A DNA stretch of 61,089 bases, counting the filler. It is 7 parts of 7 records of this genome, joined end to end, with 100 filler letters (N's around TTAATTAATTAA, not from the genome) between each part and the next. Parts side by side here need not be neighbours in the genome. Positions count along the whole stretch, not along the records: positions 25,542 to 35,776 come from SRR31156797_16596; positions 35,877 to 41,404 come from SRR31156797_16597; 5 more parts are not named here. One strand, written 5' to 3'. Position 1 is the stretch's first letter. Each line of letters begins with the position of its first letter. The notes beneath the pieces are model-generated. The model saw only the letters and a list, made by a program, of their open reading frames with translations. It made no database searches and was not told where the DNA came from. Shown one piece after another: positions 28,603-38,448 of this stretch. The position numbers were made by a program, and so were the translations under genes.

Positions 28603-29268
28603 TTATGTGTTCAGTAAAAGGGGGAGGACATCCTGAAGGATCTCCGCCGTGATTCCCCATATGACGCCGTGCTCGCTTTTGTATGCCCATATGCTGTGGG
28701 ATCTGCCCCAGGGAGAGGCATAACGTTCTGGAAGCTCGAGCTGGCCGGCGGGGAAGTGATGGGTCTGTTCTCCGGTTACGGGATCTTCCGTCCAGGGATG
28801 GGCCTTCAGGGGGACGCTGTACTGCCGGGGAGGATGGGATGCGAACCACTCCAGAGGAAGGGTAAAGACGCCGGCGACCTCATCCCTGTTCGGTTTGAGT
28901 GCGGCGGGATCCTTTATCTTCAGACGGCCTATGAAACAGTGAACCATAACGGACATGGGGGTGATCAGGGTGCCGGGGGAGCCCAGAATCTCAATCTCTT
29001 CCCCTTCCAGGCCCAGCTCTTCCCGGGTCTCCCTGACCGCCGTCTCTCTGAAGTCCCTGTCTTTCTTACTATCGAAACCCCCTCCGGGAAAGCAGATCTC
29101 TCCGCCCTGGCGGATATGAGGGGCCCTCAGCTGGAACAGGATCTCCGTCCGTCCCGCCCTCTCCACAAGGGGCACCAGTACGGCGGAGCGGAACATTCTG
29201 CTCCCTCCTATGATCCGCGGGATATCCCTGTCGGACCGGAGCCGGCTGCGCAGATCCTCCCAGTTCAC
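28603..29268 (-). CDS. NUDIX hydrolase, CoA pyrophosphatase subfamily
   Basis: SAVLVPL, GEICFPGG, AVRETREELG Nudix box, IWGITA. Confidence 0.92.
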   Translation of the reverse strand: MNWEDLRSRLRSDRDIPRIIGGSRMFRSAVLVPLVERAGRTEILFQLRAPHIRQGGEICFPGGGFDSKKDRDFRETAVRETREELGLEGEEIEILGSPGTLITPMSVMVHCFIGRLKIKDPAALKPNRDEVAGVFTLPLEWFASHPPRQYSVPLKAHPWTEDPVTGEQTHHFPAGQLELPERYASPWGRSHSIWAYKSEHGVIWGITAEILQDVLPLLLNT

Positions 29269-29273
29269 GGCTC

Positions 29274-30167
29274 TTATTTTTCCAGTTCCGCCTGAAGCTC
29301 AGGGGTCAGACGCGGAGTCGCTCCCGACTGGCTGACGACGAAGTCGGCCACCAGGGAGGCCTTGCGTCCCGCCTCTTTCAGGGACTCCCCTCTGAGGAAA
29401 CAGGAAAGGAAGGTTCCCGAGAAGCTGTCTCCCGCGCCCACCGTGTCCACGACGCTGACCTTGCCGCTGGGAACGGGCAGGGCCTTGCCCCCGGTGTCCC
29501 TGTGATAGAGTTCGGATCCCTTTGAGCCCAGGGTCAGGACCAGTAGCTCCAGGGGGAAGTCGGCGGAGGCTCTGGCGAAGAACTCTTCTCCCCTCAGTTT
29601 CTCGTTGTAGATCAGGCGGGAGACCAGGGGAAGCTCCTCGTCGTTCAGCTTCAGGATGGTACTGTGTCCCAGGGTTTCCCTGATGATCTCTGCATCGTAG
29701 TAGTTCTGCCGGATATTCACATCGAAGAATACATGCCTGTGCTTTCCCTCTTTCAGGACCTTCATGATCAGGGCCCTGTTGCCCTCGGTCCTCTGAGCCA
29801 GGGTGCCGCAGTAGATAAGATCCCAATTCTCCTCCAGCAGTTTGCCAAGCGACTCATCGTCGGGAGCGATGGAGTCCCAGGCAGAGCCTTCGCGGATGTC
29901 GTAGCTGGGAATGCCCTCCACAACCTGCACCTCGACGATTCCCGTGGGGGCGTCGGGGCTTGTATATACATAATCCAGCCTGATCCCTTCTTCTTCGAGG
30001 ATCTCCCTGGCTTCTTCTCCGGGTACATCGTCTCCCAGGGCGCTGAGCATATGGCTGTCGGCTCCGAAACGGGAGAGATGGACCGCCACGTTGGCGGGGG
30101 CCCCTCCGAAGTAGTGCTCGCCTTCTATCCTGTCGAAGAGGATCTCTCCGAAACTTAACGTCTTCAT
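29274..30167 (-). CDS. PfkB family carbohydrate kinase (fructokinase-like)
   Basis: GEILFD, GGAPANVA, FDVNIR, KLNDEE, DTVGAGDSF. Confidence 0.92.
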   Translation of the reverse strand: MKTLSFGEILFDRIEGEHYFGGAPANVAVHLSRFGADSHMLSALGDDVPGEEAREILEEEGIRLDYVYTSPDAPTGIVEVQVVEGIPSYDIREGSAWDSIAPDDESLGKLLEENWDLIYCGTLAQRTEGNRALIMKVLKEGKHRHVFFDVNIRQNYYDAEIIRETLGHSTILKLNDEELPLVSRLIYNEKLRGEEFFARASADFPLELLVLTLGSKGSELYHRDTGGKALPVPSGKVSVVDTVGAGDSFSGTFLSCFLRGESLKEAGRKASLVADFVVSQSGATPRLTPELQAELEK

Positions 30168-30247
30168 GACAAACTCCGTATTTGTTATGGGATTTGTAGT
30201 ATTTAATAATCAGGATCTTACATTAATCTTATAAAACAGGGGGAGGG

Positions 30248-31384
30248 TCAAGGCCCGGCAAACTCATCCAGGGCCTTTCGCAGTCTGAAAAAATGCTCCC
30301 GCCGGCTTTCCCTTCCCAGTGATATCCTCAGGGACGTCCTGCACTGTTCCCCGGGGAATCCCATGGCCTCGAGTACGGGGGAGGGACCGTCCACAGAGCC
30401 GCTGCAGGCTGAGAAGCGGCTCAGGCAGATCCCCCTGAGGTTCAGATGATAGAAAAGGTCCTCCATGCTCTTTCCCCTGTCGGCCAGGCCGGGAAGGGCG
30501 ATGCAGAGGACGCCGGCCGCGGCGTCTTCCGGACTCAGCATGACCGGATCGAAGCGGCCGTTTTTCAGGATATCCCATCCTTCCCGGACCAGAAGCCTCT
30601 GTTGCCGCAGGAGAAGGGCCTTCTCTTTCTGATAGAGCCGCAGCGCCTCGGCAGTGGCCAGGGCGCCCGGAACATCGGGCGTCCCCGCATGGTCCTTTAT
30701 GTCCAGGGGGATATCCTCACGGATCATCAGGAGCCCCTGTCCCTTGAGGCCGTAGAGCTTCTGGGCGCTCAGGCAGAAGCCGTGGCAGTAGGGCAGCCAT
30801 TCATCCCGGGGCAGCCTGACGGCGGACTGGGCCCCGTCAAGGAACACCATGGCTCCCGCGTCCTTGGCCGTCTCCCAGATCCGCCGGCAGTCCTGGACGG
30901 CGCCGGTCTCATGATTCACCGGTGAGTAGACGACCAACGCGTCCGGATAGGCCCCGAGGGCCCGCGCCAGGCCCGCCGGGTCCATCTTGCCCTGCCTGTC
31001 CACATCGATGAGAACGGGATCCTCCGCCTGGTCTGTCACGGCGGAGTGGTCGCAGACGCTGGTGAGGACCTTCCTTCCCCCGTCCTCCAGTATCCGCCTC
31101 AGGGCGGAGCTGGTCCCCCCGCAGAAGCCGACGCGTCCGAACCCTCCGCCCATGAGTTTCTGGCAGTCCTCTCCCGCGCGCTTCAGCAGCTCCTGGGCGT
31201 CCAGTCCCGCAAGATGGGGCGAAGAAGGGTGCGCCCAGCTCTTGAGAGCCATGTTCTGATAGAGGGCCAGTACCCTCCGGTCGGGAGGCGCGGCGGCATT
31301 GTAGTCCATATAGACGGAGCTTGTCTCTTCATAGCTTGTTCCGGCCTGTTTCAGCCGTTTCAGATGGGCGCATCGGCAGCTCAT
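30248..31384 (-). CDS. Class-V aminotransferase / cysteine desulfurase-like protein
   Basis: YMDYNA, HPSS.H, NHETG, DGAQ, SAQK (PLP Lys), SAC (catalytic Cys region), LRISLG. Confidence 0.85.
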   Translation of the reverse strand: MSCRCAHLKRLKQAGTSYEETSSVYMDYNAAAPPDRRVLALYQNMALKSWAHPSSPHLAGLDAQELLKRAGEDCQKLMGGGFGRVGFCGGTSSALRRILEDGGRKVLTSVCDHSAVTDQAEDPVLIDVDRQGKMDPAGLARALGAYPDALVVYSPVNHETGAVQDCRRIWETAKDAGAMVFLDGAQSAVRLPRDEWLPYCHGFCLSAQKLYGLKGQGLLMIREDIPLDIKDHAGTPDVPGALATAEALRLYQKEKALLLRQQRLLVREGWDILKNGRFDPVMLSPEDAAAGVLCIALPGLADRGKSMEDLFYHLNLRGICLSRFSACSGSVDGPSPVLEAMGFPGEQCRTSLRISLGRESRREHFFRLRKALDEFAGP

Positions 31385-31596
31385 GCTGTCTCCTCCTGAA
31401 TACTGCGGAATCCCGTCTCCCTAAGAGACTGTCATCATACTAACAGACCCTCTCCGTCCCCGACAGGGGTCGGAATATTGAAGATATGATAAATCGAATA
31501 TTGACATTGAATTGCCAGTAGCGCACTATGGAACTATTGAAAAATAAACCCTATCGGTATTGAGCCGGCCATATCATTTCGCCAGATCAGGAATAT

Positions 31597-33411
31597 ATGG
31601 GTTCCGGCAGGGACGAAATGAACAAAGTATTAAAAGCGAATAGAGACAATCTGAGTATCATCGATATCTCCAACAGGCATTTCCACCTTCTTCTGGGAAA
31701 CCTGCTGGTCATAATGCTTGCGGTTTTCCTGCTTACCTTCAGCAATATCAAGCTGGATCGCCTGGAAAGGGAATCTTCTGATGTCATGGAACAGGTCAAC
31801 GTCGTCGTCCTGCTGCTGAACCATTCGGCGAGCGACGGCTGCGGGGAGTGCGAGAGGGCCTATGAGGAGCTGATAGAGCAGCTCGGCCTTATGGATCCTC
31901 TCCTGTCTCAGAGGCTTGACCTGAGTCCCCTTCCCCCCGTCGGAAGCGAAGAGGAGTTGTACGATCTCTATCTGAACAGGGTGAAGGAGATCGCCCTTCA
32001 GCTCCGGCGGAACCTTGTGGGAGTCCGCAGGGTGCTGGGCTACGGGAGCTCCTCGATCATTATCCTTGTCTTTATCTTCAGTATCGTGGCCTTTGTGAAC
32101 CTTCTGGAATGGCGCCGGCAGCAGAGCCGTTTTCTCCATGATATAGAGGAAGGCGTGGATACGGTGGCCGGAATACTGAAATTCAAGGAGAGCTATTTCA
32201 GAGGACCCGAGGACTACGATATCATAGAGTCCCGCCGTTTCATCGAACAGGTCGGCGGAATCGCCAGGGATATCAGCCTGGACAGGAGCTTTCAGGAGCT
32301 CAGCATTCACGGCAGCCTTGAACTCGTTCTCCGCGACCTTTCCGATCTTATGCGGGAGCAGATCAGCTGCGACCGCATCGCCCTCGCGTTCATCGACGGA
32401 GACGGCATGATTACCGCCGAAACGGCCTACGCCCTTTACAGCCCTCTGGAGCTGCTGCCGGGGTATAGTGAGGAACTGGGAGGCTCGTCCCTCAAGGACC
32501 TCGTCCGTTCCAGGGACGTGAGGGTCATACCCGACCTGGGGCAGTATATCCGTGACAAGCGGGCCGGGGGTGAGGAGCCCTCCAAGGCCACGATGATGGT
32601 CTATAGAGAGGGAATCCGGTCCAGCCTGACCATCCCCTTGTATATAAACGAGCGCTGCGTCGGTTTTCTGTTTATCTCAAGCCGGAAGAAGAGCGCCTAC
32701 GGAAAGAATTCCTGCCGCCATGCCAAGCGGGTATTCTCCCTAGTGAAGAACAAACTCTATCTGGAGTACATCGTCCAGGATATAATCGCCCAGATGTCCC
32801 AGTCCTTTACCATGCTGATGAGCAAAAAGGACAACGAAACCTCCGATCATATCAGGCGCATGACCCTGTATTCCGCTATCATTGCCAGATGCTACGCCGA
32901 CCTTCACGGCGGCGTTTCCCAGCAGTTCGTCCGCGAGATCAGCTGGTACGCCCCTCTTCACGATATCGGCAAGATCGGCATACCCGACAGCATCCTGCTG
33001 AAGCCTGGATTCCTCAGCCCCCCGGAGATGGAGACGATGAAGGGCCATGTCCCCATTGGGGTGCGGGTGCTGCAGGATATCGACCGCAGGCTCTCTTTCT
33101 ATTTTCCCAGAAGGGTGATGGATACGGCCGTCAATATCGTCAGGGGCCATCATGAGAAGTTCGACGGAAGCGGGTATCCCGACGGCCTGAAGGGCGAAGG
33201 CATCCCCCTGGCCGGACGGATCGTCGCGGTGGCGGATGTCTTCGACGCACTGACTTCGAAGCGTCCCTACAAGGAGGCCTTTAGCGTTGAGAAGGCTCTG
33301 CATATCATGAACCATGAGATGGCCGGCTCTTTCGATCCCCATGTCCTGGACTGTCTGATGCGGTCTCAGAAAGAGATTCTCAGGGTCTATGAGAAATACC
33401 GGGAGGTATAG
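31597..33411 (+). CDS. Membrane-bound GAF + HD-GYP c-di-GMP phosphodiesterase
   Basis: Two TM segments, GAF-like SSLTIPL..CVGFLF, ETSDH, HDIGKIG, HHEKFDGSGYP, ADVFDALTSKRPYK; start could be 31618. Confidence 0.9.
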   Translation: MGSGRDEMNKVLKANRDNLSIIDISNRHFHLLLGNLLVIMLAVFLLTFSNIKLDRLERESSDVMEQVNVVVLLLNHSASDGCGECERAYEELIEQLGLMDPLLSQRLDLSPLPPVGSEEELYDLYLNRVKEIALQLRRNLVGVRRVLGYGSSSIIILVFIFSIVAFVNLLEWRRQQSRFLHDIEEGVDTVAGILKFKESYFRGPEDYDIIESRRFIEQVGGIARDISLDRSFQELSIHGSLELVLRDLSDLMREQISCDRIALAFIDGDGMITAETAYALYSPLELLPGYSEELGGSSLKDLVRSRDVRVIPDLGQYIRDKRAGGEEPSKATMMVYREGIRSSLTIPLYINERCVGFLFISSRKKSAYGKNSCRHAKRVFSLVKNKLYLEYIVQDIIAQMSQSFTMLMSKKDNETSDHIRRMTLYSAIIARCYADLHGGVSQQFVREISWYAPLHDIGKIGIPDSILLKPGFLSPPEMETMKGHVPIGVRVLQDIDRRLSFYFPRRVMDTAVNIVRGHHEKFDGSGYPDGLKGEGIPLAGRIVAVADVFDALTSKRPYKEAFSVEKALHIMNHEMAGSFDPHVLDCLMRSQKEILRVYEKYREV

Positions 33412-33649
33412 GAGGGGCTCCTGCCTTAAGCGCATCGGATCAGGTCGGCTCTCCGGCGCATAGCCGGTCCGACACCCGCTTGCCTTCCGTCCCGATCCCC
33501 GTCGGTCCGAGGCCTTTTCGAATATACTTGTTCTCCCATGAGTGCTGTGGCATACTGTATATCCCCGGCGATAAAGGCCCCCGAGCCTGTTCCTGAGAAA
33601 ATCCCCAGAGCAACAGGCTAAGCCCCGGCAGGGCATAAGGAGATAGACC

Positions 33650-34465
33650 ATGAGCACTCCCGACGGCATCGAAAAGCCTGATAAGAAACCCAGAAAACTG
33701 AAAAAAAAGGTATATGAGGCGGAACTGGCCCGCATGCAGATGGAGCTTGTGAAGCTTCAGGACTGGGTTAAGCAAAGGGGCCTGAAGGTCTGCATCCTGT
33801 TCGAAGGCCGCGACGCCGCGGGAAAGGGCGGTGTGATCAAACGGATCACCGAATACCTTAATCCCCGCTTCTGCCGTGTGGTCGCCCTTGGAAAACCGAC
33901 TGACCGGGAGGAGTCCCAGTGGTACTTCCAACGCTATATCCCCCACCTGCCCGCAGAGGGAGAGATCGCGCTCTTCGACAGAAGCTGGTATAACTGCGTC
34001 GGCGTGGATCAGGTCATGGGCTTCACGACGCCGGCACAGTGGGAGGAGTTCTATCGCAGTTGCCCCGAGTTCGAGAGGATGCTGATCCGTTCGGGAATCA
34101 TCCTTCTCAAATACTGGTTTTCCGTCTCACCCGAGCAGCAGATCAAAAGGTTCAGAAGCCGTGTGGAAGACCCCATCAAGCGCTGGAAGATCAGTCCCAT
34201 GGACCTGAAGTCCATCGAGCGCTGGGACGACTACTCCCGGGCCAAGGATGAGATGTTTCTCCACTGCAATACCGAAGACTCGCCCTGGTACGAGGTCCCG
34301 GCGGACAACAAGAAGAAGGCCAGGTTGAACTGTATCAGCCATATCCTGTCAAGCATCACCTATCAGGAGGTACAGCCCCGGGACATCGTGCTCCCCGAGC
34401 GTCCCGAGAGCAACTATAACCGCCCTCCCCTTACGAGGGAGAACTTCGTTCCCCAGCTCTATTAA
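33650..34465 (+). CDS. ppk2: Polyphosphate kinase 2 (class I-like)
   Basis: Walker A EGRDAAGKGG, QWYFQRY, Walker B DRSWYN, WKISPMD, KKKARLN. Confidence 0.95.
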   Translation: MSTPDGIEKPDKKPRKLKKKVYEAELARMQMELVKLQDWVKQRGLKVCILFEGRDAAGKGGVIKRITEYLNPRFCRVVALGKPTDREESQWYFQRYIPHLPAEGEIALFDRSWYNCVGVDQVMGFTTPAQWEEFYRSCPEFERMLIRSGIILLKYWFSVSPEQQIKRFRSRVEDPIKRWKISPMDLKSIERWDDYSRAKDEMFLHCNTEDSPWYEVPADNKKKARLNCISHILSSITYQEVQPRDIVLPERPESNYNRPPLTRENFVPQLY

Positions 34466-34467
34466 CG

Positions 34468-34499
34468 CAGAGAAGCCGTCCCGGCGGACGGCTTTTCTG
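34468..34499. terminator. Intrinsic terminator after ppk2 (possibly bidirectional)
   Basis: CAGAGAAGCCGTCC-CGGC-GGACGGCTTTTCTG. Confidence 0.75.
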
Positions 34500-34533
34500 T
34501 ATAGCGAGTCTTGTTGGCAGTCTCCGGCGGCTC

Positions 34534-35067
34534 TTAAGCGGCTTTCTTTTTTCCCTTCTTCTTGCCCGACCCTTCCTTGTCTGTGATCAGACCGTCCAGA
34601 AGGGTGGCCCCATGGCTCATGGGACAGACGGCGCACCAGCTCTTGGGTTTGTAGATGAAACCGAGCAGGATGCCGAAGACGAAGGACACTCCCATAAAGC
34701 GGAACATGGTGAAGGCCATCCTCTTGGGATCTCCTCCCGCGTGCACCATGCCCAGGGTGAACATAATCATCATGAAGAGAAGCAAACCATGGCGGAATTT
34801 TTTGGTCGCCATGAACCTGGGCATTGTGTTTCCCAGGGAGATCCGGCTCAGTATATTGCTGAAGAAGGAGCCTCTGGGGCAGTGATACTTACAGTGGTGG
34901 CGTCCGCCCTTGCCCCTGATGGCATGATAGAAGGGACCCGCCATGCAGAGGAATCCCAGAAGGCCGAACCAGATGTTGATGATGGACAGGGCGAAGAAGC
35001 TCAGGATGACGATCCATCTCATATCTTTCATCCCCTTACCGTTCTTAAGTGCTTTGTTCAATTTCAA
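34534..35067 (-). CDS. Small membrane 4Fe-4S-binding protein (Fer4_5/NapH-like)
   Basis: TM helices with GRHHCKYHCPRG and KSWCAVCPM motifs; start may be 35031. Confidence 0.82.
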   Translation of the reverse strand: MKLNKALKNGKGMKDMRWIVILSFFALSIINIWFGLLGFLCMAGPFYHAIRGKGGRHHCKYHCPRGSFFSNILSRISLGNTMPRFMATKKFRHGLLLFMMIMFTLGMVHAGGDPKRMAFTMFRFMGVSFVFGILLGFIYKPKSWCAVCPMSHGATLLDGLITDKEGSGKKKGKKKAA

Positions 35068-35098
35068 GCTCCGTATATATTGGAAGTTGAATGTATTT

Positions 35099-35118
35099 AT
35101 ATATGAAAATTCATATAT
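35099..35118. promoter_or_regulatory. 9-2-9 palindromic operator candidate
   Basis: ATATATGAA-AA-TTCATATAT filling the spacer of a minus-strand TGGACA-N17-TATAAA promoter candidate. Confidence 0.5.
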
Positions 35119-35211
35119 TGTCCAGCCCTTAAGATAATTAATATTTTATAGGAAAAATCTGAGAAATTGATTATACTCTTACTAGGAATAATTACTATCT
35201 AGGAGAAGATT

Positions 35212-35748
35212 ATGGCAATGAACAAAGAGATGACCGATGCCTTTAACGATCAGATCAATGCGGAGATGTTTTCCGCCTATCTCTATCTGTCCATGGGCAG
35301 CTGGTTCGAAGAGAGGAGCCTGACCGGATTCGCAAGCTGGTTCCGCTGTCAGTATCTAGAAGAGAACATGCACGCCATGAAGATGTATAACTTCGTCTGC
35401 GAACGGGGGGGCCGCGTTATCCTGAAACCTATCGAAGGTCCGGAAACGGAGTGGAAGAGCTATGCAGACGTGTTTGCTCAGGTTGTTGAACATGAGGAGC
35501 ATGTGACCTCTTTGATCAACGGCCTCGTAGCCAAATCCCGTAAGCTGAGCGACTACGCCTCAGAGAGTTTTCTGATGTGGTATGTGGACGAGCAGGTGGA
35601 GGAGGAGGCCACCGCAGGCGATCTTCTGGCCAAGCTCAAACTGATCGGGGACAATCCCAATGCCCTGATCCAGATGGATAAGGAGCTGGGCGGACGCAGT
35701 CCGTCTCCCAATGTGATTCCCGTCCATATGAACCAGCCCGTGGCCTGA
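35212..35748 (+). CDS. ftnA: Non-heme ferritin
   Basis: QINAEMFSAYLYLSM, EENMHAMK, EHEEHVT, WYVDEQVEEE ferroxidase motifs. Confidence 0.95.
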   Translation: MAMNKEMTDAFNDQINAEMFSAYLYLSMGSWFEERSLTGFASWFRCQYLEENMHAMKMYNFVCERGGRVILKPIEGPETEWKSYADVFAQVVEHEEHVTSLINGLVAKSRKLSDYASESFLMWYVDEQVEEEATAGDLLAKLKLIGDNPNALIQMDKELGGRSPSPNVIPVHMNQPVA

Positions 35749-35776
35749 TTCGTTACTTTCCCTCCGGATGTGTTGT

Positions 35777-35876
35777 NNNNNNNNNNNNNNNNNNNNNNNN
35801 NNNNNNNNNNNNNNNNNNNNTTAATTAATTAANNNNNNNNNNNNNNNNNNNNNNNNNNNNNNNNNNNNNNNNNNNN
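35777..35876. other. Artificial contig spacer
   Basis: N run with TTAATTAATTAA. Confidence 0.98.
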
Positions 35877-35921
35877 CCCCCGGCTTGTAAGGCCGATGCT
35901 CTCCCACTGAGCTACCCGCCT
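35877..35921 (-). tRNA. tRNA-Val(TAC), 3' half cut by the contig edge
   Basis: Minus strand AGGCGGGTAGCTCAGTGGGAGAGCA, then anticodon arm TCGGC-CTTACAA-GCCGG. Confidence 0.88.
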
Positions 35922-35985
35922 GAACCAAAGCTCAGTTAGATATAACTAGCAGGTTCAGGCGACCTTGTCAAGAAAAATTCCGCGA

Positions 35986-38445
35986 TCAATGGGCGATAAC
36001 AGCCGTCTCAACTTCTTTTTCGGATTTGGGGAGATCTTTGAAGCAAAAGGGCTGAACATCCCCTTCCGGTGCAAACAGCTCCTGTCCATCTTCGAGAATC
36101 AAGGCTTCTTTCAAAACCTCATCCACATGCTCAACGGGAATCAACTCCACCTTCCGCAATATCTTTTTAGGGATATCCGCCATGTCCTTTTTGTTTTCCA
36201 TGGGGATCAGAACCTTGGTAACCCCTCCACGGTGAGCGGCCAGGATCTTTTCTTTGAGCCCGCCGATGGGAAGTACCCTTCCTCGAAGTGTTATTTCTCC
36301 CGTCATGGCGATACTACAGCGAACAGGATACCGTGTCAAAGCCGATACAATGGAAGTCGCCAGCGTAACGCCCGCTGACGGCCCGTCCTTGGGAATGGCG
36401 CCTTCCGGGACATGGACATGGATATCGATCTTTTCATAAAAATCATCCGGTAATTTGAGAGCCCTGGCCTTTGATCGAACATAACTCAAAGCAGCCTGTG
36501 CGGATTCCTGCATGACTTCACCCAGTTTACCGGTGAGAGATAACTGGCCCTTTCCCGGCATAACGGTCACTTCCGTCTGCAACAGCTCTCCTCCCACATC
36601 CGTCCATGCCAAGCCGGTGGTAAGGCCGACAATGTCTTTTTCCTCTGTCCTGCCATAGCGGTATTTGGGTACACCCAGATATTTCTGGATGGAATGAGCC
36701 TTAATGTTGATCCTGGTGCTTTCGCCATTCAACACAACTTCTTTGGCCACTTTTCGACAAATGGACGAAATCTCGCGTTCAAGATTTCTGACGCCCGCTT
36801 CACTGGTATAGGTTTGGATTATCGATAAAATGGCCTTGTCGGTAAATGCAATATTTTCCGGCTCAAGCCCGTTTAGTTCAATCTGTTTCCTGACCAGAAA
36901 CTGTTTTGCAATATTTAATTTTTCAATTTCCGTATAACCCGCCAAGCGGATAATTTCCATCCTATCCTGAAGGGGAACGGGAATATTATGCAGATTATTG
37001 GCTGTGGTGATAAAAAAAACGTCCGAAAGATCATAATCAAGATCCAGGTAATGGTCATTAAAGGCCACATTCTGTTCCGGATCAAGTACTTCCAACAAAG
37101 CGGCAGATGGATCACCCCTGAAATCAGTGCTCATCTTGTCCACTTCATCCAGACAAAATACAGGATTGTTGGATTTTGCCTTTTTCAAAAACTGAATGAT
37201 CTTTCCGGGTAGCGCTCCGATATAGGTTCGTCTGTGGCCCCTGATTTCGGCCTCATCCCGGACGCCTCCAAGGGAAAGGCGTACATAATTTCTTCCGGTG
37301 GCCCGGGCAACCGATTTGGCCAGTGACGTTTTACCAACACCGGGGGGGCCCACCAGACACAGAATGGGTCCTCTCATTTTCTTCGTCAGGCGCTGAACAG
37401 CCAGATATTCCAGAATCCGCTCTTTCGGTTTTTCAAGCCCGTAATGGTCTTCATTGAGGATGGTCTCGGCTTCTGCAATATCAAATTTCTTCCTGCTTTT
37501 GTTAAACCATGGAAGATCAATGATCCAATCAATATAATTTCTCACCACGGCGGCTTCCGCCGACATTGGGGACATCATCTTAAGCTTTTTAAATTCCTGT
37601 CCTATCCGCTGATGGGCCTCCTTGGAAACTCTTTTTCGCTTGATTTTCTTTTCCAAATCGGCAAGTTCAGCCTTGAAGTCATCCTTGGTCCCCATCTCCT
37701 TCTGGATGGCGCGAATCTGCTCATTGAGATAATAATCTTTCTGGGTCTTTTCCATCTGCTTTTTGACCCGCGTCCTCAGCCGCTGTTCGAGGCGAAGGAT
37801 ATCCACTTCATTTTCCAACTCGCCATATAGCCTCTCAAGCCGTTTATTGGGATCGATGGTTTCGAGAATTCCCTGCTTTTCCGACACTTTCAAGGCCAAA
37901 TGACCGGCAATGGTATCGGCCAGACGCCCGGGGTCTTCAATGGCGATCACGGCTGAAACAATTTCTTTGCCGATTTTCGTATTCAGTTTCGCATATTCTT
38001 CAAAGCTGGTACCGATACTTCGCATCAGGGCTTCGGTTTCCAGATCCGAAACAACGGGCTCCTCACATTTGCTGATCTCAACCATGAAGAAACCCTGTTT
38101 ATCCATGAAATTATCTATCTTGCCGCGTTCCTTCCCTTCAATGAGGGCTTTTACAGTACCGTCAGGCAGCTTAAGCAACTGAAGGACCGAACCCAAAGTG
38201 CCAAAGGAATAGATATCCTTGGGTGTCGGGTCATCTACGCCGGCATCCGCCTGGGCTGACAGAAAAACCTCTTTTTCATGGGAAAGCGCATACTCAAGGG
38301 CCTTAATAGATTTTTTACGCCCCACGAAAAGGGGTACAACCACGTTGGGAAAAACCACCACATCTCTCAACGGGAGAAGGGGGTAATAAAATTTCTCATC
38401 AACGCCGATTTCATCTTGAATATCTTTTTCTATAGCATTCAGCAT
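35986..38445 (-). CDS. lon: ATP-dependent protease Lon
   Basis: [41 protein letters not shown] (catalytic Ser), GGLKEK. Confidence 0.98.
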   Translation of the reverse strand: MLNAIEKDIQDEIGVDEKFYYPLLPLRDVVVFPNVVVPLFVGRKKSIKALEYALSHEKEVFLSAQADAGVDDPTPKDIYSFGTLGSVLQLLKLPDGTVKALIEGKERGKIDNFMDKQGFFMVEISKCEEPVVSDLETEALMRSIGTSFEEYAKLNTKIGKEIVSAVIAIEDPGRLADTIAGHLALKVSEKQGILETIDPNKRLERLYGELENEVDILRLEQRLRTRVKKQMEKTQKDYYLNEQIRAIQKEMGTKDDFKAELADLEKKIKRKRVSKEAHQRIGQEFKKLKMMSPMSAEAAVVRNYIDWIIDLPWFNKSRKKFDIAEAETILNEDHYGLEKPKERILEYLAVQRLTKKMRGPILCLVGPPGVGKTSLAKSVARATGRNYVRLSLGGVRDEAEIRGHRRTYIGALPGKIIQFLKKAKSNNPVFCLDEVDKMSTDFRGDPSAALLEVLDPEQNVAFNDHYLDLDYDLSDVFFITTANNLHNIPVPLQDRMEIIRLAGYTEIEKLNIAKQFLVRKQIELNGLEPENIAFTDKAILSIIQTYTSEAGVRNLEREISSICRKVAKEVVLNGESTRINIKAHSIQKYLGVPKYRYGRTEEKDIVGLTTGLAWTDVGGELLQTEVTVMPGKGQLSLTGKLGEVMQESAQAALSYVRSKARALKLPDDFYEKIDIHVHVPEGAIPKDGPSAGVTLATSIVSALTRYPVRCSIAMTGEITLRGRVLPIGGLKEKILAAHRGGVTKVLIPMENKKDMADIPKKILRKVELIPVEHVDEVLKEALILEDGQELFAPEGDVQPFCFKDLPKSEKEVETAVIAH

Positions 38446-38448
38446 TTT

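Noticed and set aside
31527-31573. Resemblance to a c-di-GMP-II riboswitch (GGAACTATTGA...TATTGAG CCGGCC) upstream of the HD-GYP gene
   Set aside because: It lacks the GGGCAC/GTGC pseudoknot and the intervening stem, and the likely -10 would place the GGAA outside the transcript. cmscan would settle it.
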